Part shown: positions 25,101 through 34,782 of the stretch, piece after piece
Position numbering within the stretch: position 1 is the first letter of the stretch
How the letters are laid out: each line of letters begins with the position of its first letter
NCBI RefSeq assembly: GCF_001194135.2
Contig: NC_069005.1
Location: forward strand, 29,235,004-29,280,569
Reading direction: 5' to 3'
DNA: 45,566 nt
Origin: Octopus bimaculoides
Lineage: Eukaryota
Translations under genes and position numbers: made by a program
Notes under the pieces: model-generated
The model's database searches: none
The model's input: only the letters and a program-made list of their open reading frames with translations
What the model was told of the DNA's origin: nothing

Positions 25101-25258
25101 GTGAATGACGTTTCATACACAGGAGTGGCTGTGTGGTAAAAATCATCCTTCCCGACCACATGATTCTGGGTTCAGTCCCACTGTGTGGAAACTTGGGCAA
25201 GTGTCTTCTACTATAGCCTTGTGAGTGGATTTGGTAAACAAATTGAAAGAAGCTCGTC

Positions 25259-25347
<89 letters not shown>

Positions 25348-26601
25348 CATATATATATTATATGGTATATATGTATGTATATGTTTGTGTCTGTGTTACC
25401 CCACCATCGCTTGACAACCAATACTGGTATGCTTACGTCCCCTTAATTTAGTGGGGTTTTTTTTTAGTCAAATAAATTGACCCCAGGACTTATGTCTTAA
25501 GCCTAGTACTTATTCTATTGGTCTCTTTTGCCAAACAAATAAGTTACAGGGACATAAACACACCAACACACAGATACAAACACACACATACAACGGGCTT
25601 CTTTCAGTTTGCGTCTACCGAATCCACTCACAACGCTTTAGTCGGCCTGAGGCTATAGTAGAAGACACTTGCCCAAGGTGCCAAGCAATGAGATTGAACC
25701 CAGAACCATGTGGCTGGGAAGCAAGCTTCTTACCACGCCTCTACCTACGATTACATTTTTGCTGTAATCTCCTACGTTGAACATAACAGTGATTAAACAT
25801 ACTGACGTTTGAATCTGCCAGACCATAATTAAGAAGACATATGCAGGTCATCGTTTACATCAGTGGTTCTTAAATGTTTACGGACTGCCGACCCCTTGGT
25901 TCCCAGACCACATTCTTAGCACCCCCAACATGACAACCACTACATCACCATAAACATAGATTTCTTTCTACTACAAATTCAAAACAACTGTATTTCGAAA
26001 TTAAAACTTAACCTAACGAACCCATTATTTTGCTGCTTTTACAATACGAAAGAACAGGTTTACATTTACATTTCTTATTTAACGTATTTTAATGTGTATA
26101 AGGAGCCCTCGTATATAAGGAACCACCTAATTTGGTGGGGGGGGGGGCTTAAAATTTGGAAAATGGTTTTGTAAGGGATTATAATACTATCCATGTATAA
26201 GAAAATCCCATATTTTAAAACCTAATTTTTGACAAAAAAGGGTTCCTTATACACATTAAAATACGGTATATTGTGAGGGACGTACTTTGTGCAATGAATA
26301 TCAGCTTCCCAATGTCAGGCTGAAAGACATTACGAAGAAGTCTTATATCCCTGTGTTCAATAGTTTTCAGTCTAGTTTTACTTTGCTTAGAAAGAAGATG
26401 AGCAACTGTACTGAGGATGATGTTGGGAAGGTATTGTTCCACAATGCCTAATACCAGTCAGAAATGCAATCAAAAACCATGCTATGATTTTTTAAACTCT
26501 GGTCTCAGTTCAATATCATTTTAAAGTGAAAACAATTCTGTCTCCATTATTCTTGTTTCCACATTACCTACATCTAGGAATCACCCAGACTGGTGTTTTA
26601 A
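5497..26601 (+). CDS. SLC6 (NSS) Na+/Cl- dependent amino-acid transporter, GlyT/PROT/ATB0,+-like; spliced gene, ~616 aa
   Basis: Manual splicing at GT-AG sites with consistent phases: 5497-5517, 7089-7281, 8740-8871, 10372-10638, 10989-11103, 12367-12499, 13924-14058, 17925-18028, 18739-18863, 19667-19779, 21945-22082, 22305-22540 (false gap inside), 23585-23679, 24651-24806, 26578-26601. Family motifs [48 protein letters not shown]. Gly at the TM1 position where monoamine transporters have Asp indicates an amino-acid substrate. First and last exons are uncertain. Confidence 0.93.
6082..6325 (+). mobile_element. R4/Dong-like (RLE) LINE 3' end
   Basis: IIV.SLGTV...[32 protein letters not shown] with one frameshift. 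Confidence 0.75.
6331..6712 (-). mobile_element. Full-length tRNA-derived SINE (family C)
   Basis: Reverse complement of 9059-9420; A box TAGCCTAGTGG, B box GGTATCGATTCC, (AAC)n tail. Confidence 0.85.
7089..7281 (+). CDS. SLC6 exon: N-terminus and TM1
   Basis: AEQKPTNG...[36 protein letters not shown]; donor GTAAGT at 7282. Confidence 0.95.
8740..8871 (+). CDS. SLC6 exon: TM2
   Basis: [44 protein letters not shown]; ttccag| acceptor, GTAAGT donor; not in the supplied ORF track. Confidence 0.95.
9059..9420 (+). mobile_element. tRNA-derived SINE (family C)
   Basis: TGGCCCAGTGG...GGTTTCAATTCC head. Related copies near 14090, 18390, 20641, 33105, 43400-43720. Confidence 0.85.
9690..10245 (-). 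mobile_element. SINE family D (GGAAGGGCATCC central domain, (GAT)n tail)
   Basis: Copies near 884, 4905, 12680, 15200, 31335, 31660, 35200, 39650; internal ~48-bp direct repeat at about 10052 and 10147. Confidence 0.75.
10372..10638 (+). CDS. SLC6 exon: TM3 and first part of EL2
   Basis: [50 protein letters not shown]...RPECR; phase 1-1. Confidence 0.95.
10989..11103 (+). CDS. SLC6 exon: second part of EL2
   Basis: [38 protein letters not shown]; phase 1-2; CTAAT branch-like motif at 10958; an in-frame alternative acceptor lies at 11001. Confidence 0.85.
11762..11805 (-). ncRNA. Degenerate minimal type I hammerhead ribozyme motif
   Basis: CA-uUGAUGA-GACC aaagaa GGUC-GAAA-UCACGUGAU-C-UG; C3 to U change; palindromic stem III. 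Confidence 0.5.
11932..12268. repeat. ~56-bp degenerate tandem repeat, about 6 copies
   Basis: GGATGGTCATGG...TCAATAGG..TGCTGGATCAAGTTTG recurs near 11932, 11989, 12045, 12101, 12158, 12213. Confidence 0.8.
12367..12499 (+). CDS. SLC6 exon: TM4
   Basis: [44 protein letters not shown]; phase 2-0. Confidence 0.93.
12947..12982 (+). ncRNA. Minimal type I hammerhead ribozyme motif (Penelope-like)
   Basis: GAU-CUGAAGA-A-GGAAU ucua AUUCC-GAAA-UAU-C-AUC; intact core, predicted cleavage after C12979. Confidence 0.6.
13643..13700. repeat. 15-bp tandem repeat (GATGGAGAGAGAAAA) x4
   Basis: Direct reading. Confidence 0.85.
13924..14058 (+). CDS. SLC6 exon: TM5 and EL3
   Basis: [45 protein letters not shown]; 135 nt. 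Confidence 0.95.
15579..15665. repeat. Degenerate 15-16-bp periodic repeat (AAGTTCACTG core)
   Basis: Six GTT(C/T)AC(T/C) units; probably a DNA-transposon subterminal array. Confidence 0.55.
15801..16368 (+). mobile_element. R4/Dong-like (RLE) LINE 3' end spanning an N-gap
   Basis: [19 protein letters not shown]...[20 protein letters not shown], 3' UTR, (AAT)n tail; preceded by (AAT)n. Confidence 0.85.
17925..18028 (+). CDS. SLC6 exon: TM6
   Basis: [35 protein letters not shown]; 104 nt. Confidence 0.95.
18739..18863 (+). CDS. SLC6 exon: TM7
   Basis: [42 protein letters not shown]; 125 nt. Confidence 0.95.
19667..19779 (+). CDS. SLC6 exon: EL4 and TM8
   Basis: [38 protein letters not shown]; 113 nt. 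Confidence 0.95.
20180..20432. mobile_element. Foldback element with 16-bp TSD carrying hammerhead motifs (Penelope-like pseudo-LTR)
   Basis: Arms 20191-20291 and 20311-20409 (3 mismatches plus a 2-nt indel), 19-nt loop; direct repeat AATAATTTATTATGTG at 20164-20179 and 20433-20448. Confidence 0.8.
20308..20356 (+). ncRNA. Minimal type I hammerhead ribozyme with G3-C8 swapped core
   Basis: UUGUCA-GUGAACA-G-GUUGC ggucucaaa GCGAC-GAA-AAUAUU-U-UGACAA; mirror copy on the minus strand at 20246-20291. Confidence 0.6.
21490..21760 (+). mobile_element. Highly decayed RLE LINE 3' fragment
   Basis: [28 protein letters not shown] is reminiscent of the P.IIGA.G...QK.ALLGT motif. Confidence 0.4.
21945..22082 (+). 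CDS. SLC6 exon: end of TM8 and TM9
   Basis: [46 protein letters not shown]; 138 nt, phase 0-0. Confidence 0.92.
22305..22540 (+). CDS. SLC6 exon: TM10, interrupted by a false N-gap (net 100 nt)
   Basis: [22 protein letters not shown] + [12 protein letters not shown]; CATCGG is present on both sides of the gap. Confidence 0.9.
23090..23530 (+). mobile_element. Nested SINE family B copies
   Basis: GTTCTGAGTTCAAATTCCGCTGAGGTC core twice, plus an internal ~55-bp duplication. The family also occurs near 241, 1680, 6790, 13310, 16380, 18140, 34790-35190, 35630, 40505. Confidence 0.8.
23585..23679 (+). CDS. SLC6 exon: IL5 and TM11
   Basis: [31 protein letters not shown]; phase 1-0. Confidence 0.9.
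23932..24188. mobile_element. hAT (Charlie-like) MITE inserted in a SINE
   Basis: 15-bp TIR CAGTG(A/G)TTCTCAACC; decayed 8-bp TSD GTTTACTC/GGTTAGTC; the SINE sequence resumes after the element. Confidence 0.7.
24651..24806 (+). CDS. SLC6 exon: EL6 and TM12
   Basis: [52 protein letters not shown]; donor GTTAGT at 24807. Confidence 0.9.
26082..26266. mobile_element. pogo/Tigger-like MITE
   Basis: 27-bp TIR (A/C)CGTATTTTAATGTGTATAAGGA(G/A)CCC, TA TSD. Confidence 0.75.
26578..26601 (+). CDS. Candidate SLC6 terminal exon (ESPRLVF*)
   Basis: Pyrimidine-rich acceptor ending catctag, phase 0; the same frame continues past TAA as AKIDILKSARRLWG. Competing candidate at 27384-27539. Confidence 0.4.
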   Translation, partial: ESPRLVF

Positions 26602-28205
26602 GCAAAAATAGATATCCTGAAGTCTGCCAGACGTCTCTGGGGNNNNNNNNNNGGGTCATCCACTTGGACAAAAAATATGGAGCGAGGGTTTGGACAAAAA
26701 CATGGAGAGAGGGCTGATTTTATCTTGATATGGTTTAACCTCATTCCATTGCAGTTACAAATTAATTTCATTGAACTTTGTAGGTCCTGCTTGATATTAT
26801 TTAATTCACCACACATACACACACACACACATAATTAAGCTCTTCAACAACTGTTTTGAAAAGGGAATAGAAACTTTCAGGCAGTTTCCCATTTCCAGCC
26901 ATCGAACTTCTGTATGCAACAACAATAATCCAGAATCTTTATCATTCTCGATGTAGAGCTGTAAAAACAAGGGGGAACTGAGGGCATGTGCCTTGATTTT
27001 ATTTTACTGCTCTGATAACGATGTGTTAAGTCTACCACTTACGTTATTTGCAATGTGGGCAAACACACTCGGTTATACCGAGTATCGGTATAACATTTTC
27101 AATAAACCGAGGAAGCAGTGACGACAACCTACCATCTGTGGTATTCTATTCAGCTTAAAAACGAAATATTGACAACATTTTTGTATATGTTTCTTGTTGT
27201 CTTGCTTGAATCAAACATTAATCTTTGACGAAGCAAATGCAAGCAAAAAAACAAACTATCGTTAATTGGCAGAAGACACACGTTTGTGAGCTACATTTGG
27301 TTGTTCTGTGCATGTTGCACAATAAACCTTAAATGTTATAACATTCCACATTTTGAAACACATGTAATATGCATTTTTTACAGAAAAAATTTTGTACTTC
27401 GACCTCTTTGTTGAAGGTAAAAATCCCGGAAAAGCAAAACACAAAAGAAAAATTCCGATTTCTACATGATGGCTTTTTCCAAATTTTATTCTGTAAAAAT
27501 ATAAATTACGTGTTTCAAAATGCAGACGATGAAAAGTAACAAGCGAATAGAAAATAAATATAGTGGTGACGATGAGGGGCTGGGTAGACATTTGAAAAAA
27601 CGAATGGATTAAGAAGTTTTATTTTAAAGAAACTTCGCTCGTGAATAATTTGAAATGTGAGACATTTATGAAATGTGGGACACTTATGGAATGTGGGAAA
27701 ATGCTGAAGAAACCCGAGAAATTCCAGTTTACTTAAGACAGTTATTCTGAAAGTTCAACAAATATAGAATCGAATATCTTCTTTTTAAAAGTTTCGTTAT
27801 GACAGAGTTTCTAAAATATAAATTTGAAAAAATTGTTGAAAGCACCGAAAATCAGAAAATGATGAGCTTCCAACCGATACTCCACTAATTCTGAACAACA
27901 ACAAAAAGCCACTATTATAATAGCTTATTTTAATCAGTCGATTATGTCGCCTGTATTTAAAGCAAATATACGAAGACGTATTCTAAAGTTTGTCTCATAC
28001 TGAAAATTTATAAAATTTATATATTTTTTTATAAAACCAAACTTTACAAAGAACAAAAGTTAAAATAACAATTATGGAAGATATATGAAGAATGTCTTAC
28101 CTTTAACTAAAAAATACAAACTCAAGACAACAGTTGAGCGAAACTTCGAAGTCACAATTGTAAATTATTTGTTTAGTAACAGTAATCTCTCCCCCTCTCT
28201 CTCTT

Positions 28206-28247
<42 letters not shown>

Positions 28248-28372
28248 GTGGCAAATTGGGCCTAAAAATATTGGTTGCCAGTAGACTAAGGGGGCCCACC
28301 CGCGACTACAATGCTATAATTTAATTTTTTTTGTTTTTTTGTTGAAAGTATTCTTTTATATATATATATATA

Positions 28373-28406
<34 letters not shown>

Positions 28407-29218
28407 TTCAAAAAAAGGAANNNNNNNNNNNNNNNNNNNNNNNNNNNNNNNNNNNNNNNNNNNNNNNNNNNNNNNNNNNNNNNNNNNNNNNNNNNNNNNN
28501 NNNNNNNNNNNNNNNNNNNNNNNNNNNNNNNNNNNNNNNNNNNNNNNNNNNNNNNNNNNNNNNNNNNNNNNNNNNNNNNNNNNNNNNNNNNNNNNNNNNN
28601 NNNNNNNNNNNNNNNNNNNNNNNNNNNNNNNNNNNNNNNNNNNNNNNNNNNNNNNNNNNNNNNNNNNNNNNNNNNNNNNNNNNNNNNNNNNNNNNNNNNN
28701 NNNNNNNNNNNNNNNNNNNNNNNNNNNNNNNNNNNNNNNNNNNNNNNNNNNNNNNNNNNNNNNNNNNNNNNNNNNNNNNNNNNNNNNNNNNNNNNNNNNN
28801 NNNNNNNNNNNNNNNNNNNNNNNNNNNNNNNNNNNNNNNNNNNNNNNNNNNNNNNNNNNNNNNNNNNNNNNNNNNNNNNNNNNNNNNNNNNNNNNNNNNN
28901 NNNNNNNNNNNNNNNNNNNNNNNNNNNNNNNNNNNNNNNNNNNNNNNNNNNNNNNNNNNNNNNNNNNNNNNNNNNNNNNNNNNNNNNNNNNNNNNNNNNN
29001 NNNNNNNNNNNNNNNNNNNNNNNNNNNNNNNNNNNNNNNNNNNNNNNNNNNNNNNNNNNNNNNNNNNNNNNNNNNNNNNNNNNNNNNNNNNNNNNNNNNN
29101 NNNNNNNNNNNNNNNNNNNNNNNNNNNNNNGTAACACTGAATCCCTGTATTCTAATGCTTTCTATAAATAAATTTGTTAGTTTCAAACAATCTGTGTTTA
29201 GAATTAAATAAGTAAATA

Positions 29219-29463
29219 TAGGGTGAGCCAAAAGTAGCTATACACTTTGAAATTCTTTCATTTTATTACTTTTACACTCATTTATTACAATTACATTTAT
29301 GAAACACAGTTTAATCTCGTAAATGGTCGAAATGTCCTCCTTCAGCATGGGAACATTCTTCAAACGTCCCAGAACACTGTAACACACAGCACATTATTCA
29401 CGGTACCTGTAAAAAACAAATAAGTTAATTTTAAAAGTGTTTACCTACTTTTGGCCCACCCTG
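29219..29463. mobile_element. Tc1/mariner-type MITE
   Basis: TIR CAGGGTGGGCCAAAAGTAG, TA flanks; internal minus-strand EECSHAEGGHFDHL transposase C-terminus. Confidence 0.75.
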
Positions 29464-29467
29464 TATA

Positions 29468-29665
29468 TACGGGGTGCATAGGTATTTGAGGACATACCGT
29501 TTTGGGGTCATTGTCAATTTGTATAATCTTTGTTTCAGAAAATAATAACAGCAGACCCTCAGCTTGCTTAAGAAATGAAAAGGCATGCTGTTACTGTGGT
29601 TATAAAGGTTGAGCATAGTGATTTAGAAATATCTCGATTTTTAAAAGTTGCCAGATTTTTCGATA
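29468..29665 (+). mobile_element. Tc1/mariner-superfamily 5' remnant
   Basis: [27 protein letters not shown]; homologous to 44190-44621. Confidence 0.75.
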
Positions 29666-30364
29666 GCATGTCATATAGCCAGCTGGAGATGCTGTTTCCT
29701 GCAGCCAAGTAACAGTAAAATTGGTCTTAAACCAGGACAGCCAAGTCATGTTGGCAAATGTCTCTCATTGAGACAAACAGAAATTTTCTAGTTTAATGTA
29801 TACACAAGCGCATATATATATATACATATATGAGTGTGTATACATTTGTCTTCATGTATAGTTATACATGAAAAATAAAAAAAAACTGCTGAACATTGGT
29901 GAGTTACTTGATATGTTGGTACATGATCATATTTATTTCATTTTTATGTGGAAAAGGTTTACATACTGAAAGAATTAATTTATATACGCAGACATCTTAA
30001 AAGTAAATAAACACTTATTATACATACAGGGTTGGCCAAATGTCACCTGACAGTAAATCAAAATTCCATAAATACTTAATTTTCAGTTTCATTTATTCAT
30101 TTGGAAAAAATGGTGTTGTTCAAGAAGGACTTCTGTTTGAACAATTTTCATGATGCTTCATATTTAGATGCTTTCGTTAAATTCATTCAGTTGTTAAACA
30201 TAATTAAATCTTGGAATTAAATGGTTTTTGATTCACTGTCAGGTGACTTCTGGCCAACCCCATATGTGTGTGTATATATATATATATATACGTGTGTGTG
30301 TGTGTGTGTTTGTGTGTATACATGTATGTATGTATATTTGCTCATATGTATTGTGAATTCATCT

Positions 30365-30544
30365 TTATTTCTTTGTTTTGTTGGCAGTCTTGTTGGGCCC
30401 CTTCTTTGCCCCCTTCTTATGAAATGGTGGTTTAAGGTCCTTCTCATCCAGATCAATTTGGTTTTCTTCCATTATCTTTATGCATGACTGTCTGTACTCT
30501 TCACGTTGCTGAAAAAAGTTCTCTCGAGCATGGTCAAGTTGTAA
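30365..30544 (-). CDS. ADGB: ADGB last coding exon with Lys-rich, NLS-like tail
   Basis: [59 protein letters not shown]; possible AATAAA on minus strand near 30092-30097. Confidence 0.9.
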   Translation of the reverse strand, partial: LQLDHARENFFQQREEYRQSCIKIMEENQIDLDEKDLKPPFHKKGAKKGPNKTANKTKK

Positions 30545-33500
30545 CTGAAAAACATTTAAAAAAACAAATTACATGTAACAACAACAACAACAAAAACCAT
30601 TTAAGCAAAACCAAATTATATATTCAAATATAAATTAGAAGCAGTGCTAGTATTGTAAACACTATGGAACACACATACTTGTAAATCAGCAGGCTGTGAT
30701 TTGGGACATTCAGTTTGACAGTAGGCTCTGATTTAGCATGTCCAGTTTCTCTCTAGTTCGGTTCAGGTAGATGACATTGATAAGCCACAGAAGTGATGAA
30801 ACATCAATGCCCATCACTCCTGGTTGGGATTTGGAGTGTGATGTCTGACCTGTCTATGACTTTCAGGTGTTTTATCATCTGGTGCTTTGAAAGAATCATC
30901 TAGACTGTGCCAAATCACAACCTACTGGTAAACGAACAAAGCACATACATTCAGTACGTGTTAACATAATGTCAATGAATTATATATATCTATGACTACA
31001 TTGCTCAAGCACACAATATGCTACCTGGTCCAGAAATCAAACCCACAATGCAATACCCTAACCACTACATTACATGCCTTTACATTCTACTCATACATAA
31101 GCAAATCACCAACCAAACATCATCAGGCATTCTGATCAGAATCAGTGAAAGGCTGAATGCCACATTCTCTGATGAAGAATACAATAGTAAAGCACTAAAA
31201 CATGGCTAATGGGACCATTTGCTCCAGAGATGCACAAGAGGTTGTGTACTGCTGGGTCATATAACCTCATTTGATTTACAAAAGGTTGTGTGGGCTCATG
31301 GATATTGATGCACCTGTACCAGTGCCATCATCGTTCATCGTTTAACGTCCGCTTTCCATGCTAGCATGGGTTGGACGATTTGACTGAGGACTGGTGAAAC
31401 CAGATGGCTACACCAGGCTCCAATCTGATTTGGCAGAGTTTCTACAGCTGGATTCCCTTCCTAACGCCAACCACTCCGAGAGTGTAGTGGGTGCTTTTAC
31501 ATGCCACCGGCACGAAGGCCAGTCAAGCGGTACTGGCAACGGCCATGCTCAGAATGGTGTATTTTATGTGCCACCTGCACAAGAGCCAGTCCAGGGGCAC
31601 TGGCAACGATCTCGCTCAAATGCATACATTCTGGTGCTGCATAAGCACACCCAATATGCTCTGTAAAGTGGTTGGCATTGGGAAGGGCATTTAGCCATAG
31701 AAACTATGCCAAAATGGATGTGGAGCCTGGGCAGGTCTTGTCAAGCTGTTCAACTCATGCCAGAATGGAAAACGAACATTAAAGATGATGATGATGGTGT
31801 GCATTACAGGGTCATATGACCCAATTTGATTTGATTTACAAAATGCTGTACCTGCATCTGTTGACAAGATTCGATTTGCTTTGCTTTTAAAATCTTCAAA
31901 GATCTTCTCTCGTTTTCTAACCATTCTTCGGCCCTCTTCCGATCTGACCGATATGCTTCTACTTTCATTTCTTTTTGTAACTGACGATTGTTCAACAGTT
32001 CTTCGGTCAAATATTTCACTGGTTTTCCCATGTTTCTTTATGGAAAGAAATAGAAAACAATCCCAAAGTGATTCAAATTCAGGGCTGGAGTAAGGAGTTT
32101 CTTGAGGGAGGAAAGAGAAAACAAAAAATTGGGGAAAAGGGGTTTCAAAGACTTATTGTTTCTATAAATTAATGTGTGTGTGGATATATTGTATTTAACT
32201 TCCTCTTACTTCATAAAGGGAGTTAGGTCAATTCGTGGTACTCTGTCCTTTAGAAAGATGCTCGGGGGTTCAGTTGTCATGGTGCCGCTTTCCAGTACGC
32301 TGTCCAAAAGCTCTTTGTCCACCTCAGTGGGTATCAGGTGAATATTAAGATATCCTTGATGAGCCTGATTGGCCTACAACAAAGACAGAAAGAGAGAGAG
32401 AGAAAAAGAAAGAGCGTCCAGCAAACTGCATTGTAATCAATGAAAATGGGTCCCAGGGAGTGTGCTCTAGAAATCCATATCTTGCTAATGGCTACCACAT
32501 GTAAATTTACTGACCTGAGGTCATTGAGCAAATGCATGTAATGATAATTATAATAATTGTTATAAATTTTGGTACAAGGCTAGTAGTTTTAGGGGAAGGG
32601 TGTTGGTTGCATCAACCCTGATGCTCAACTGGTACTTCTCTTATCGAGCTCAGGAAACATGAAAGGCAAAGTTGATCTCAGCAGAACTGGAACTCAGAAT
32701 ATAAAGGGTCAGAAGAAATACTGGTAAAAATTTTCTCCAATATTCTTTCATTCTTTTACCTGTTTCAGCCATTTGACTGGGACCGTACTAGAGCACCACT
32801 TTAAACCATTAGTGCCCAAATTTTTTTAATTTAATTTATTACCAAAAATCATTTTTTATACAACTTTATCGAATATTAAATATATAAAGACATTTTTATT
32901 ACAATATTTGAAAGACAGTCCAGTCTTGATGACTAACTAAAGATATCTCAGAAAAATACAGGTGTTGCAGATTATCCTTCTGGTCCTAAAAAAAGGACCA
33001 TGGGCGCTAATGAGTTAAGGGGTTTTAGTTGAACAAATCGACCCCCAGGACTTATTTTTAAGTCCTACAACTTGTTCTATTGGTACTCTGCCAGTTACAA
33101 GGACAAGGGTTCTAGTTGATCCGATCAACGGAACAGCCTGCTCGTGAAATTAACTTGCAAGTGGCTGAGCACTCCTCAGACACGTGTACCCTTAACGTAG
33201 TTCTCAGGGAGATTCAGTGTGACACAGAGTGTGACAAGGCTGGCCCATTGAATTACAGGTACAACTCATTTTTGCCAGCTGAGTAAAATGGAGCAGTTAC
33301 TTTTAGCGTTTTGACAGAAAAAAGTCATTCTAAAATTGTTTTTTAACATAAGCGTGCCCAAACAAGTCAAATGCTTACACAGAACAGGTTTTACAGCTAT
33401 ATCATCTGAACTGACTGGGTGAAACTGGGCTTAGCTTCTAGTATATATATATATATATATATTAATAAATCTCAGGGTAGCAAAAAAATTTAGAAATTCT

Positions 33501-33907
33501 TTTTTCCACCAGTGGTCTAGTGAGAAGAAAAAAACTAGTCAATAGACTATATATTATTCATATAAATACATGCAGTGTACATTTAAACACATAAGAGAGA
33601 TGTCCATAATAGGACATCTAACCCGCGAGAAGGAGCAGTCAAACTCCAAACCACAATTAGGGATAATTTCGAAAGAGAATGAAAAATAAAAACATTTACC
33701 ATCTATTTCCTGAACCAAAGTTTCAGGCTATTTTCAGCAAAATAAAATAATTTGCTAGGCCAGCAATCATCAGCAGGAAAGCCAAGATTAACACATAAAT
33801 ATGAGGCAATAGTTTGACTGCTCTTTCTAGCGGGTTAGATGTCTTATTATGGATATCTCTCTTATGTGTTTAAATGTACGCTGTATGTATATATATCTAT
33901 CTATCTA

Positions 33908-33943
<36 letters not shown>

Positions 33944-34375
33944 CAAAAATATACACACATGCCAGGCTTCTTTCAGTTTTGGTGTACCAATTTATTCACA
34001 AGCCTTTGGCTTGTTTGAGGCTATAGTAGAAGACATATGCTCAAAGTGTCATGCAGTGGGACTGAACCTGGAACCATGTGGTTGGGAGCTAGCTTCTTAC
34101 CACACAGCCACACCTGACCCATTTTTAAAATCATTTATCATGTCTGGAATGTTACTTACAGCACAATCTGGGTCAGATACAAAGCGTAGTAGCCAGTGTG
34201 GACGGAGGGAATCGAACTGGAATGAGGCTGGACGAATTTCCTTTGACTCTTTTGCTTCTTTTCCACTTCTGATTTTATTGGATTTTGCTTTGGAGGAATG
34301 GTTGGCTGGCTTTTCTACTTTTAGATTGGGCGATGGTGTTTCACTCTCTTTGAATTCCACTGAAATAATTAGAAC

Positions 34376-34406
<31 letters not shown>

Positions 34407-34750
34407 GAAGCAAAGATAATGGATGTTGCAATATCAGGTGATTCTAGGGTGAAATGTAAGGAAACAGAAAAGATTGAGAAATGCAAGCCACTGTGGGATG
34501 AAATAGGGACGTTATGGGGCATGAGGAAAGAAATGGTGATAGCAGTGGTAATTGGAGCATTAGGGAGCTGTTTCCAAGGGCTTTGAAAAGCATATTAAGA
34601 ATATTGGAGCTGTTGTCGAGGTGATCCGGAACACAGCATTGTTGGGTACAACTCGCATTCTAAGGAGAGTATTGTCTCTTGGAGTCACAGAAGAAGGCAC
34701 TACTTGAAATCTTTGGTAATTTGTTATTGCCTTTCATAATAATAATGATG

Positions 34751-34782
<32 letters not shown>

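Noticed and set aside
28286-29231. The longest ORFs in the track (283-290 aa)
   Set aside because: Almost entirely N-gap; same for ORFs at 7976-8524 and 15735-16309 apart from the LINE fragment
30217-30456. Supplied minus-strand ORF as the ADGB C-terminus
   Set aside because: Wrong frame; the spliced frame ends KTANKTKK* at 30365
33379-33424. Possible ADGB micro-exon ([15 protein letters not shown]) with a GTAAGC donor
   Set aside because: Phase 0-1 does not fit the flanking phase 0-0 junction, and the phase-0-ending frame contains TAA
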